28,508 nucleotides of DNA, from NCBI GenBank assembly GCA_964498955.1, contig CAZCIE010000002.1, forward strand, positions 1 to 28,508, written 5' to 3'. Positions 8,424-17,161 of the stretch are shown here, piece by piece; the first letter of the stretch is position 1; each line of letters opens with the position of its first letter. Both the position numbers and the translations under genes were made by a program. Origin of the DNA: an uncultured Candidatus Saccharimonas sp. Its GTDB lineage: Bacteria; Patescibacteriota; Saccharimonadia; Saccharimonadales; Saccharimonadaceae. The notes under the pieces are model-generated. The model worked only from the letters and a program-made list of their open reading frames with translations, did not search any database and was not told where the DNA came from.

Positions 8424-8876
8424 ATGAAAATATATCTTGGAAGCGATCACCTGGGTTTCTATTTAAAAGAAAAGATTTTTGTATATTTAGCTAAACATGG
8501 GTATGATGTCGAAGACATTGGTGGTCAGACACTCAACCCTAGCGACGACTTTCCTGAATTTGCTCAATCGGTTGCGTTCAAGATTATTAGCGATGAAGAC
8601 TCTGACCCAAGAGGAATTTTGCTTTGTGGCGGAGGTCAGGGTATGGCTATCGCTGCAAATCGATTTAAGGGTATTCGAGCAACTGTAATTTGGGATGCTT
8701 ATGAGGCTAAAATGGCAAGAAATGATAATGACAGCAATGTTCTTTGTTTACCTTCGCGAATTCTTGAGGATGACGACAAGGCTTGGCAAGGTATTGTCGA
8801 GACTTGGCTAAATACACCATTTGCTGATGCTATTAGATATAGACGCCGAAACGCTCAAATGGATGAATTATCATGA
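8424..8876 (+). CDS. rpiB: RpiB/LacA/LacB family sugar-phosphate isomerase
   Basis: GSDHLG, GILLCGGGQGMAIAANRFKGIRA and NDSNVLCL motifs. Confidence 0.9.
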   Translation: MKIYLGSDHLGFYLKEKIFVYLAKHGYDVEDIGGQTLNPSDDFPEFAQSVAFKIISDEDSDPRGILLCGGGQGMAIAANRFKGIRATVIWDAYEAKMARNDNDSNVLCLPSRILEDDDKAWQGIVETWLNTPFADAIRYRRRNAQMDELS

Positions 8877-9517
8877 GTATTATTGCGCCTTGTATTACTG
8901 TCGAGACAGAGGAAGAGTATAAATTATTAGTTGAGAAATATCAAAAATTTGCTCAGCGTGTTCAAGTTGATATAAGTGATGGAAAATTTGCACCCGTATT
9001 TTTGTTATCTATTGAAAAAGTTTGGTGGCCGAAAGAATGGATGGTTGATATTCATGCAATGGTTTCAAACCCGGCAGAATATTTGGACGAAATAATATCT
9101 AAAAAACCACATTTAATTATTTTACATGCCGAGACCGGAATTGACTTGAAGCCATTAATAGAGAAAATTCATAAATATGGCATTAAGGCAGGTGTAGCAT
9201 TACTAAAAACTACTGTACCAGATATGATTTCTTCTGTAATTAAAATAGTTGACCATGTCTTAGTTTTTTCAGGTGATCTGGGCCATTATGGGGGCAGGGC
9301 AAGTTTAATGCAGCTTGAAAAAGTCCGATTAATCAAAGCGATTAACCCAAACGTTGAAGTAGGATGGGATGGAGGAATAAGTCTTGATAATGCTTTTACT
9401 CTGTCGCAAGGTGGTGTAAATGTGCTTAATGTTGGCGGTGTGTTAGCCAAATCTGACGACCCAATAACTGTTTTCAATAAGTTAATTGTTGAGATAAATA
9501 AACAGGGAGTGATATAG
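8873..9517 (+). CDS. rpe: Ribulose-phosphate 3-epimerase family
   Basis: DISDGKF, DIHAMV, ILHAE, WDGGI and NVGG motifs. ATGA overlap with rpiB. Confidence 0.88.
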   Translation: MSIIAPCITVETEEEYKLLVEKYQKFAQRVQVDISDGKFAPVFLLSIEKVWWPKEWMVDIHAMVSNPAEYLDEIISKKPHLIILHAETGIDLKPLIEKIHKYGIKAGVALLKTTVPDMISSVIKIVDHVLVFSGDLGHYGGRASLMQLEKVRLIKAINPNVEVGWDGGISLDNAFTLSQGGVNVLNVGGVLAKSDDPITVFNKLIVEINKQGVI

Positions 9518-9521
9518 CTAA

Positions 9522-10385
9522 ATGAGTAATACTCTATCTTTAATTCAGTTGCAACAAAAAGCAAACGTTGTTCGGGAAGATATTATTAAAATGCTTGAGA
9601 ATGCCGGTAGTGGACATAGCGCTGGCTCACTTGGGTTGGCAGATATTGTCACTGCATTATATTTCAATATTATGAACATCGATCCTAAAAATCCTACTTG
9701 GCCAGATCGTGACATCTTTATCCTTAGTAATGGGCACACTGTACCAGTGCAATATGCAGCAATGGCCGAGGCAGGTTTTTTTGATAAAGATGAGCTTAAA
9801 ACATTACGCAAATTAGGTAGTAGACTTCAGGGTCACCCAGAGCGCGACCGTTTACCTGGACTTGAAAACACCAGTGGCCCACTTGGGTCAGGGCTTTCTC
9901 AGGCTGCTGGCTATGCATACTCATTGCAATATTTGGATAATATAAAGCATCGATTTGTTTATGTAATCATGGGCGACGGAGAACTAGACGAAGGAAACGT
10001 CTGGGAGGCCGCGATGTTTGCAGGTAAATATAAGCTGTCACAGTTGGTAGCAATAATTGACCGTAATAATATTCAAATTGACGGCAACACAGAGGATGTT
10101 ATGCCACTTGAAGATTTGCACAGTAAATGGGAATCATTTGGTTGGCACGTGATTGAAGTTGATGGCCATAATATAGAAAGTATTATTGACGCTACTAGCA
10201 CGGCTCGCGCGATTACAAATCGTCCAAGTGTCATAATTGCTCATACAATCCCTGGTAAAGGAGTTGATTTTATGGAATATGATTATAAATGGCATGGCAT
10301 TGCGCCAAATAGTGATCAAGCTAAAGACGCATTACAAAAACTACAAACACTTAATGGGAAAATAACACCAGGAGATAAATCTTAA
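9522..10385 (+). CDS. tkt: Transketolase, N-terminal (TPP-binding) subunit
   Basis: SGHSAGSLG, RDIFILSNGH, LQGHP, SGPLGSGLS, MGDGELDEG..WE TPP motif and TIPGKG. Confidence 0.95.
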   Translation: MSNTLSLIQLQQKANVVREDIIKMLENAGSGHSAGSLGLADIVTALYFNIMNIDPKNPTWPDRDIFILSNGHTVPVQYAAMAEAGFFDKDELKTLRKLGSRLQGHPERDRLPGLENTSGPLGSGLSQAAGYAYSLQYLDNIKHRFVYVIMGDGELDEGNVWEAAMFAGKYKLSQLVAIIDRNNIQIDGNTEDVMPLEDLHSKWESFGWHVIEVDGHNIESIIDATSTARAITNRPSVIIAHTIPGKGVDFMEYDYKWHGIAPNSDQAKDALQKLQTLNGKITPGDKS

Positions 10386-11383
10386 TGAACGAATATTACT
10401 TAAATCAGAAAGTTTTTGATGATGATGTCCTGCAAGAACCGATTCGACTTGGTTTTGGGCGTGGTTTATTGTCTGTTGGTTCGGATGATAATCGCATAGT
10501 GGCATTATGCGCTGATTTGACTGAAAGTACACAGGTAAATCTTTTTAGTGAAAAATTTCCAGAAAGATTTATTGAAGTTGGTATTGCTGAACAAAACTTG
10601 GTGGCAGTTGCCAGCGGCTTGGCACATGCCGGTAAGATTCCATTTGCGAGTAGCTATGCGGCATTTAATCCAGGCCGTGACTGGGAGCAAATTAAAACAA
10701 CAGTATGCTTAAATGACCAACCTGTGAAAATTATTGGTTGTCATGCAGGAATTGGGGTTGGCCCAGATGGTGCTACTCATCAGATGTTAGAAGATATTGC
10801 ATTAATGCGAGTATTACCAAATATGGTCGTAATTGCGCCTGGCGACAGTATTGAGGCTGAAAAAGCGACAAAAGCAATTGCGTTTAATGGTCTACCATCG
10901 TATTTAAGGCTTGCTCGACCAAAAACTCCGGTTTTCAGTACAAATGAATCGCCTTTTGAGATTGGAAAAGCCTATGTGTTACGTAACGGGGCTGACGTTA
11001 GTTTGTTTGGCACGGGTGCAATGACATATCAATTATTGGTTGCTGCAAATATTTTGGAAACAATTGGGATAAACGCCGAAGTAGTTCATGTCCCAACAAT
11101 AAAACCTCTTGACGAGGAAACTATACTGGCAAGCGCAAGAAAAACTGGGCGAGTTGTATCAGCCGAAGAAGCTCAAATTTCTGGTGGCTTTGGTGGTGCA
11201 ATAGCCGAGTTGCTTTCAGAAAAGCTGCCAACACCTTTGCTGAGGTTTGGTATATTTAATAGGTTCGGTGAAAGTGGCGAACCAATAGAATTGTTTGAAT
11301 ATTTTGGATTGACAGGAGATAAAATTGCAAAAAAGGTCCAAGAATATATCAGCAATACACCACAATACCATAGGGAATATTAA
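10385..11383 (+). CDS. tkt: Transketolase, C-terminal (pyrimidine-binding) subunit
   Basis: ADLTES, EVGIAEQN, GPDGATHQMLED, YLRLAR and TIKPLD. TAATG coupling to the N-terminal subunit. Confidence 0.95.
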   Translation: MNEYYLNQKVFDDDVLQEPIRLGFGRGLLSVGSDDNRIVALCADLTESTQVNLFSEKFPERFIEVGIAEQNLVAVASGLAHAGKIPFASSYAAFNPGRDWEQIKTTVCLNDQPVKIIGCHAGIGVGPDGATHQMLEDIALMRVLPNMVVIAPGDSIEAEKATKAIAFNGLPSYLRLARPKTPVFSTNESPFEIGKAYVLRNGADVSLFGTGAMTYQLLVAANILETIGINAEVVHVPTIKPLDEETILASARKTGRVVSAEEAQISGGFGGAIAELLSEKLPTPLLRFGIFNRFGESGEPIELFEYFGLTGDKIAKKVQEYISNTPQYHREY

Positions 11384-11392
11384 GGAGGAAAA

Positions 11393-12310
11393 ATGACATT
11401 ATCAATTAACCAAATTCGAGATAACAACATTAGAGCAAGACACTTGATGCAGCGTTCAAGAACTCAACATTTTGCTGTTGGAGCATTTAATATTGATAAT
11501 CAAGAGACTTTGATTGCAGTAGCTAGAGCTGCCCAAAAGTTAAATTCACCAGTAATGGTAGAGCTTAGCAAAAATGAAGTTGCGTCGCTTGGGCTCGAAA
11601 ATGTTCGCGACTTAGTAGATAATTACAAAGCTGAATATGGAATTGAAATGTACATAAACCTAGACCACAGCCCGACAGTTGATGATTGTAAGCGAGCTAT
11701 TGATGCAGGTTTTGAATTTATTCATATAGATATTAGCCAAGCTGATCATAATGCAACTCGAGAACAAATTGTTAAAAGTACTCAAGAAGTAGTTGAATAT
11801 GCAAAATTTACTGGAGCGATCGTCGAAAGCGAGCAACATTATTTTGGTGGTTCGTCAGATGTATTTGATACAGATATCGATTACGAAGAGGTTAAAAAGA
11901 CATTTACAAAACCAAATGACGCTAAAAAGTTTATTGAAGAAACTGGTATTGACACTTTTGCGGCTGCAGTAGGTAATTTGCATGGTAAATATAATGTTCC
12001 AAAAATTTTAGACCTTGAACTTTTACAAAAGATTAGGGATACGATTGATAAAAAAGTGTTTATTAGTTTACATGGTGGCAGCGATACGCCATTGCAGTAT
12101 TTTAAAGATGCAGTAAAAATTGGTGTAAGCAAAGTAAATGTAAATAGTGATTTGCGTTACACTTTCCGTACCACACTAGAAAAGGCGCTTGCCGAGAACC
12201 CTGATGAATATGCTGTAGTTAAATTAATGCCCCAAGTATACGAGGCGGTTCAGGCGGTCGTTGAAGAAAAAATAAGCGCGTTTAATAGCGCTGGTAAGGC
12301 AGTCGTATGA
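11393..12310 (+). CDS. fba: Class II fructose/tagatose-bisphosphate aldolase
   Basis: AVGAFNI, NLDH, VGNLHG, LHGGS and KVNVN Zn-aldolase motifs. SD AAGGAGG. Confidence 0.92.
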   Translation: MTLSINQIRDNNIRARHLMQRSRTQHFAVGAFNIDNQETLIAVARAAQKLNSPVMVELSKNEVASLGLENVRDLVDNYKAEYGIEMYINLDHSPTVDDCKRAIDAGFEFIHIDISQADHNATREQIVKSTQEVVEYAKFTGAIVESEQHYFGGSSDVFDTDIDYEEVKKTFTKPNDAKKFIEETGIDTFAAAVGNLHGKYNVPKILDLELLQKIRDTIDKKVFISLHGGSDTPLQYFKDAVKIGVSKVNVNSDLRYTFRTTLEKALAENPDEYAVVKLMPQVYEAVQAVVEEKISAFNSAGKAVV

Positions 12311-13275
12311 CACTAAAAATGCTTACTATTGGAGCGGCCGTTCAAGATGTTTTTTTAAGTAATAGCGATGAGTTTAAGCCTGTTACGGATATTCCTTCTC
12401 ATGAAGTGTTTTTAAAATTAGAGCTAGGGTCTAAGGCAGATGTAAATAATATTAATTTTAGCACGGGTGGTGGGGCTACAAATGCGGCTGTCACATTTGC
12501 GCGTCAAGGTATTGATGTCGAATTTATGGGCACAATTGCTGATGATCCTGCAGGTAGGGCGATATTAGATGAACTTGACAAAGAAAACGTCGGTACAAAG
12601 CACCTAAGTTATTCGAAGCGACACCATACGGGTTACTCGGTACTATTACTTGCTCCAAATGGTGAGCGAACAATACTAACTTATCGTGGTGCATCGACTC
12701 ATTATGATGCTAATAATTTTGATATTTCTAAGGTAGACGCACAGTGGTTGTATTTGTCAAGTATGGCTGGCGAAATGGCGTTGCTTGAAAACATTTTTTC
12801 AACCGCAAAAGAAAAGAAAATTAAGATATTCTTTAATCCTGGTAAAAACGAACTTAAAAATATCGACCAACTTAAGGCATTACTTGAAGATGTTGATGTG
12901 CTATTGGTTAATAAAGAAGAGGCAAAACAAATAGTCTCTGGTAATAGTTTAGTTGAACTAATACGACGATTAGAACATCTTGTCCCTGTGGCGATTATTA
13001 GTGATGGTCCAAATGGTGTGATTGCAAGTGACGGTAAGACTATTGTAAGAGCTGGAATGTACGAAGATGTCAAAGTGACAGATAGAACCGGCGCAGGAGA
13101 CGCTTTTGGGTCTGGATTTATTAGCTACTGGGCAAGCGGAAAATCGCTCAAAGATTCTATAGTATTTGCAAGTGCAAACTCGACATCTGTTGTGCAACAA
13201 ATTGGTGCCAAGGCAGGAATATTATATAAAGGCGCGAAGCTGCATGCAATGCCTCTTAACGAGGAGCCTTTTTAG
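12307..13275 (+). CDS. PfkB-family carbohydrate/nucleoside kinase
   Basis: GGGATNAA, GERT, VNKEE and DRTGAGDAFGSG PfkB signatures. ATGA overlap with fba. Confidence 0.92.
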   Translation: MTLKMLTIGAAVQDVFLSNSDEFKPVTDIPSHEVFLKLELGSKADVNNINFSTGGGATNAAVTFARQGIDVEFMGTIADDPAGRAILDELDKENVGTKHLSYSKRHHTGYSVLLLAPNGERTILTYRGASTHYDANNFDISKVDAQWLYLSSMAGEMALLENIFSTAKEKKIKIFFNPGKNELKNIDQLKALLEDVDVLLVNKEEAKQIVSGNSLVELIRRLEHLVPVAIISDGPNGVIASDGKTIVRAGMYEDVKVTDRTGAGDAFGSGFISYWASGKSLKDSIVFASANSTSVVQQIGAKAGILYKGAKLHAMPLNEEPF

Positions 13276-13289
13276 GCAAAAGATCAATC

Positions 13290-13820
13290 ATGGCTTATAT
13301 ACTACAGAAACTTTTGGGAATAAAAGACGATGAAACGTTGTTTGGTGATGGCATAAAAAAACTTGAAAAATCTGTTGGTATGAGCGGAGTTGATACGCGA
13401 TTAATTGCCGATATTATTACTAAATCTAATGATGTAACCCGTAAATTGGGCTTAAAGACAAATGACACGACTGGCAAAGAATTGTATTATTCGTTAATTG
13501 CGGCTGTTTGGAGTAGCGATGCCGAGACGATACTTAAAGACACCGACTACGTGTTAAAAATAATTGATAATAAAATTATATCTTTTAATCTTATTGATGT
13601 GATTGAAAATGCTCATCATGAACTTCCATATGGCAAGCAACATGTCTATCATGGGCGAATGAGTTTACGCGGTGAAATTGTGAATCGTTATTGTTCACAT
13701 ACACGTACGGATAATAAAACTACTTGCCAAGTCGCCAGTGAAATGGGTATTTTAACGGCTTCAGATGCGTGGTACACTATTAGTAAACATAACCATAATA
13801 AGTTGGAGAAGAAATCTTGA
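13290..13820 (+). CDS. Hypothetical soluble protein (176 aa)
   Basis: Long ORF in the operon orientation, overlapping the next gene (TTGA). No recognised motif. Confidence 0.8.
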   Translation: MAYILQKLLGIKDDETLFGDGIKKLEKSVGMSGVDTRLIADIITKSNDVTRKLGLKTNDTTGKELYYSLIAAVWSSDAETILKDTDYVLKIIDNKIISFNLIDVIENAHHELPYGKQHVYHGRMSLRGEIVNRYCSHTRTDNKTTCQVASEMGILTASDAWYTISKHNHNKLEKKS

Positions 13821-14425
13821 AGTATCAAATCTGTGTATCAGGGGCTGCTATCGGTGATACAGTTGAGGCATCACATCAGCTAGCATACGATTTAGGGAAA
13901 GCAATTGCAAAACAGGCGAAAACACTAACGACTGGTGCGACAGTTGGTTTGCCGTGGTGTGCCGCCAAAGGTGCATTTAGTGTTAAAAATAGGGTTGGTG
14001 CATGTGTTGGCTTTTCGCCAGCAAGTTCATTTAAGCAACATGTTGTTACATATAAACTACCGACTGTTGAGTTTGATTACATTAATTTTACTGGCCTTGA
14101 CTACGTTGGTCGTGATATTTATCTAATACGAAGTAGCGATGCTGTTATAACAGTTGGTGGAAGGATCGGCAGTTTGCATGAATTTACGACTGCACTTGAA
14201 GCCCAAAAAGTGATTGGGGTTTTACTTGGTAGTGGTGGTCTAGCAGATTATATCCCAGAATTAGTTACAAAAATTGATGTTCCTGGTGCTCGTGATATTA
14301 TTTATGACACTATTCCCGATAGACTAGTCAAAAAAGTAGTTGAAGCTCTTGATAAAAAATATGCTGGTTTTGAGCATGATGGTACCGACGATAATGTTAA
14401 AAGAAGGGTATCTCACAAGGGCTAG
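13817..14425 (+). CDS. SLOG/LOG-superfamily Rossmann-fold nucleotide-binding protein (TIGR00725-like)
   Basis: ICVSG, LGKAIA, TTGA..G, GR....RSSDAVITVGG..GSLHE and GVL.GSGG pattern. TTG start after GGAG (13805-13808). Confidence 0.82.
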   Translation: MKYQICVSGAAIGDTVEASHQLAYDLGKAIAKQAKTLTTGATVGLPWCAAKGAFSVKNRVGACVGFSPASSFKQHVVTYKLPTVEFDYINFTGLDYVGRDIYLIRSSDAVITVGGRIGSLHEFTTALEAQKVIGVLLGSGGLADYIPELVTKIDVPGARDIIYDTIPDRLVKKVVEALDKKYAGFEHDGTDDNVKRRVSHKG

Positions 14426-14449
14426 TTCAAATATTAACGAAAGGATCAT

Positions 14450-15115
14450 ATGTACAAAAAAAGTAAAATATCAAGCAAGGTAATTATAGCAATTGTAATT
14501 ATTTTAGTTGTGGCTGTTGTCGGTATATTTACTGCTATGGCGTTTAATAGCTCTGGGAAAGTTAAAGAACAGGATGCAGCCGACACAGAAGACGTTTTTG
14601 AGACTGAAGATATTGTTGATCAGGAAGAGGTAGCGGTGGAACCTGCTGCGAGCGAGGCAACAGAAAAGTCAGATGCGACTACAACCACTACTGCAACTAC
14701 GACGCCAACAACAAGCGCAAAAACTGGTAACGAGAATCTTCCAATTACGCAATGGGGAGTCACAGGATACTATAAGGGCCTACGTGCCGTTGATTATGAT
14801 GTAACCGCAAGCTCGAGTGTTCTGTTTGATTCAAGTGACATTACTTGCCCGGGCACTCGTATCTCTTCTTTAAGGCGATATCTTGGGACTGACGAGATAT
14901 ATAGTAATGTAGGGGAAGACGTTCTAGGTATTGCATCAGTTCTATACGCTACAGATAAGTTGAACGGTGTGGGAGGCTTAAATAAAAAAGTTGGGGATTA
15001 TTATTACGTATTTACAGGCCCACTACAACAATGTGCCGATTCTTCCCAGACAGAGATCCAGCAGCAAATTTACAGTGACCTAAAAGAATATTTTGCATCA
15101 CTAGTATTAATTTAG
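14450..15115 (+). CDS. Hypothetical membrane-anchored surface protein with acidic and Thr-rich linker
   Basis: Basic N-terminus, TM helix (VIIAIVIILVVAVVGIF), D/E-rich and poly-Thr stalk, and a C-terminal domain with two Cys. SD AAAGGA. Confidence 0.8.
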   Translation: MYKKSKISSKVIIAIVIILVVAVVGIFTAMAFNSSGKVKEQDAADTEDVFETEDIVDQEEVAVEPAASEATEKSDATTTTTATTTPTTSAKTGNENLPITQWGVTGYYKGLRAVDYDVTASSSVLFDSSDITCPGTRISSLRRYLGTDEIYSNVGEDVLGIASVLYATDKLNGVGGLNKKVGDYYYVFTGPLQQCADSSQTEIQQQIYSDLKEYFASLVLI

Positions 15116-15134
15116 CCCAGGTATGTACAAGTAG

Positions 15135-15140
15135 TATAAT
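15135..15140 (+). promoter_or_regulatory. -10 box for uvrB (probably leaderless)
   Basis: TATAAT 7 nt before ATG 15148, with no SD. Confidence 0.65.
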
Positions 15141-15147
15141 AGTTTAG

Positions 15148-17118
15148 ATGGACCAAAAATTCGTACTAGAATCCGACTATGAGCCAACTGGCGATCAGCC
15201 AACAGCTATTGCCCAATTAATAGCTGGTTTAAATGCGGGCGAACGCGAGCAGACACTGTTGGGCGTAACTGGGTCTGGTAAAACTTTCACGATGGCCAAT
15301 ATTATTGTTGATCGGCAAGTACCGACATTGGTATTGGTGCATAACAAGACCTTGGCAGCCCAACTGTACAGCGAGTTTAAATCATATTTTCCAAATAACG
15401 AAGTTCATTATTTTGTTAGCTATTTTGACTATTATCAGCCCGAAGCCTATATGGCTAGCAGTGACACATATATTGAAAAAGACAGTAAGATTAATGATGA
15501 GATTGATAAGTTGCGCCATGCAGCGACGACTGCGCTACTTACTCGGCGCGACACGATTATTGTTGCCAGTGTTAGTTGTATCTATGGCATCGGGTCACCT
15601 GATGATTATTCGGACATGTCTATTCACGTCAAAAAAGGCGAACGACGTTTGCAAGATAAATTTGTCCGATTATTAACGGACATCCAATATCATCGAAATG
15701 ATATAGATTTTCACCGAGGATCTTTCAGGGTCCGTGGTGATGTAGTTGATGTTTTTCCGGCCGGCAGTGACGTTGCGTATAAAATTGAATTTTATGGTGA
15801 CATAGTCGAACGATTAACGCGAATTGACCCATTGACTGGCGAGATTCTGGCCGAACCAAGTGAAATTACGATTTTTCCATCTAGTCATTATGTCACGCCC
15901 AAAGAAAAACTTGAACATGCGTTGGTTGGCATTAAAAAAGAGTTTGACGAGCGGCTGCAATATTTTGAAAAGAACGATAAGTTTTTAGAAGCGCAGCGTT
16001 TGGCGCAACGTACGAAATTTGATATCGAAATGATGGAAGAAACAGGATTTGTCAAAGGAATCGAAAACTATAGTCGATATTTAACAGATCGAGAGCCTGG
16101 CGAACAACCTGCAACATTATTGGACTATTTTCCAGACGACTTTTTGTTATTGGTTGATGAAAGCCACATGTCACTGCCGCAAGTTCGCGGAATGTACAAT
16201 GGTGATCGAGCGCGCAAGGAAGTATTGGTGGAATATGGTTTTCGTTTGCCGTCAGCATTGGACAATCGACCACTTAAGTTTGAAGAATTTTATAACCATA
16301 TTAACCAAGTTATTTATGTTTCGGCCACACCTGGCGAATTTGAATTGTCGCATAGTCCTGCTCCTGCTCAGCAAGTCATTCGACCAACTGGTCTAGTTGA
16401 TCCAGAAATTATTATTCGTCCAACTAAAAACCAGATTGATGATCTGATTGCTGAAATTCGTGAACGAGTTACAAAAGGTCAAAGAGTTCTGGTGACAACA
16501 TTGACCAAAAGAATGGCCGAAGACCTGGCAGCCTATCTGCAAGATTTACAAATCAAAACTGCCTACATTCACAGTGAAGTCGATACGATGGAGCGCGGTG
16601 ATATTTTAAAGGATTTACGAATGGGTGTATATGACGTACTGGTTGGCATCAACTTGCTACGTGAAGGCTTGGATTTACCAGAAGTTAGCATGGTTGCGAT
16701 ACTCGATGCAGATAAAGAAGGCTTTTTGCGCAGTGCCGGTGCGCTGATCCAGACAATTGGCCGCGCATCGCGCCACGTTGAAGGGAAAGTGTATATGTAC
16801 GCTGATAGGATGACTGATTCGATGAAGCAAGCGATTGATGAAACAAATCGTCGCCGAGAAATTCAGATTAAATACAATCAAGATAATAACATCACGCCTG
16901 TAGGAATTGATAAAGAGATTGGCGAGGGTCTGCGGGCAATCGTGCCGAAAAAGCCTGGCGATGAGCATAAATTGAATCTAAATAAGATTCCGAAGGATGA
17001 ATATCCATCATTAATCAAAGAATTGACAAGTCAAATGTTACTTGCCAGTGCCAATTTGCAGTTTGAACAAGCCGCTGAACTTCGTGATCAAATTGCTGCA
17101 ATTCAAGATAAACTTTAA
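15148..17118 (+). CDS. uvrB: Excinuclease ABC subunit B
   Basis: GVTGSGKT, HNKTLAAQLY, FVSYFDYYQPEAY beta-hairpin, DESH, GINLLREGLD, QTIGRASR and a C-terminal UVR domain. Confidence 0.99.
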   Translation: MDQKFVLESDYEPTGDQPTAIAQLIAGLNAGEREQTLLGVTGSGKTFTMANIIVDRQVPTLVLVHNKTLAAQLYSEFKSYFPNNEVHYFVSYFDYYQPEAYMASSDTYIEKDSKINDEIDKLRHAATTALLTRRDTIIVASVSCIYGIGSPDDYSDMSIHVKKGERRLQDKFVRLLTDIQYHRNDIDFHRGSFRVRGDVVDVFPAGSDVAYKIEFYGDIVERLTRIDPLTGEILAEPSEITIFPSSHYVTPKEKLEHALVGIKKEFDERLQYFEKNDKFLEAQRLAQRTKFDIEMMEETGFVKGIENYSRYLTDREPGEQPATLLDYFPDDFLLLVDESHMSLPQVRGMYNGDRARKEVLVEYGFRLPSALDNRPLKFEEFYNHINQVIYVSATPGEFELSHSPAPAQQVIRPTGLVDPEIIIRPTKNQIDDLIAEIRERVTKGQRVLVTTLTKRMAEDLAAYLQDLQIKTAYIHSEVDTMERGDILKDLRMGVYDVLVGINLLREGLDLPEVSMVAILDADKEGFLRSAGALIQTIGRASRHVEGKVYMYADRMTDSMKQAIDETNRRREIQIKYNQDNNITPVGIDKEIGEGLRAIVPKKPGDEHKLNLNKIPKDEYPSLIKELTSQMLLASANLQFEQAAELRDQIAAIQDKL

Positions 17119-17126
17119 CATTATGC

Positions 17127-17155
17127 TTGCGTTATCATCAAAAGTGTGCTATTAT
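17127..17155 (+). promoter_or_regulatory. Sigma70 promoter upstream of the structured leader / DEAD-box helicase
   Basis: TTGCGT (17127-17132), 17 nt, TATTAT (17150-17155) preceded by an extended-10 TG. Confidence 0.65.
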
Positions 17156-17161
17156 TAAGAT

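Noticed and set aside
9522-11383. Split transketolase as a frameshifted pseudogene
   Set aside because: Both halves are intact and TAATG-coupled. Two-subunit transketolases are an established form.
14678-14713. Possible tandem DNA repeat or phase-variable tract in the Thr-rich linker
   Set aside because: Codons vary (ACT/ACA/ACC/ACG), so this is protein low complexity rather than a slippage repeat.
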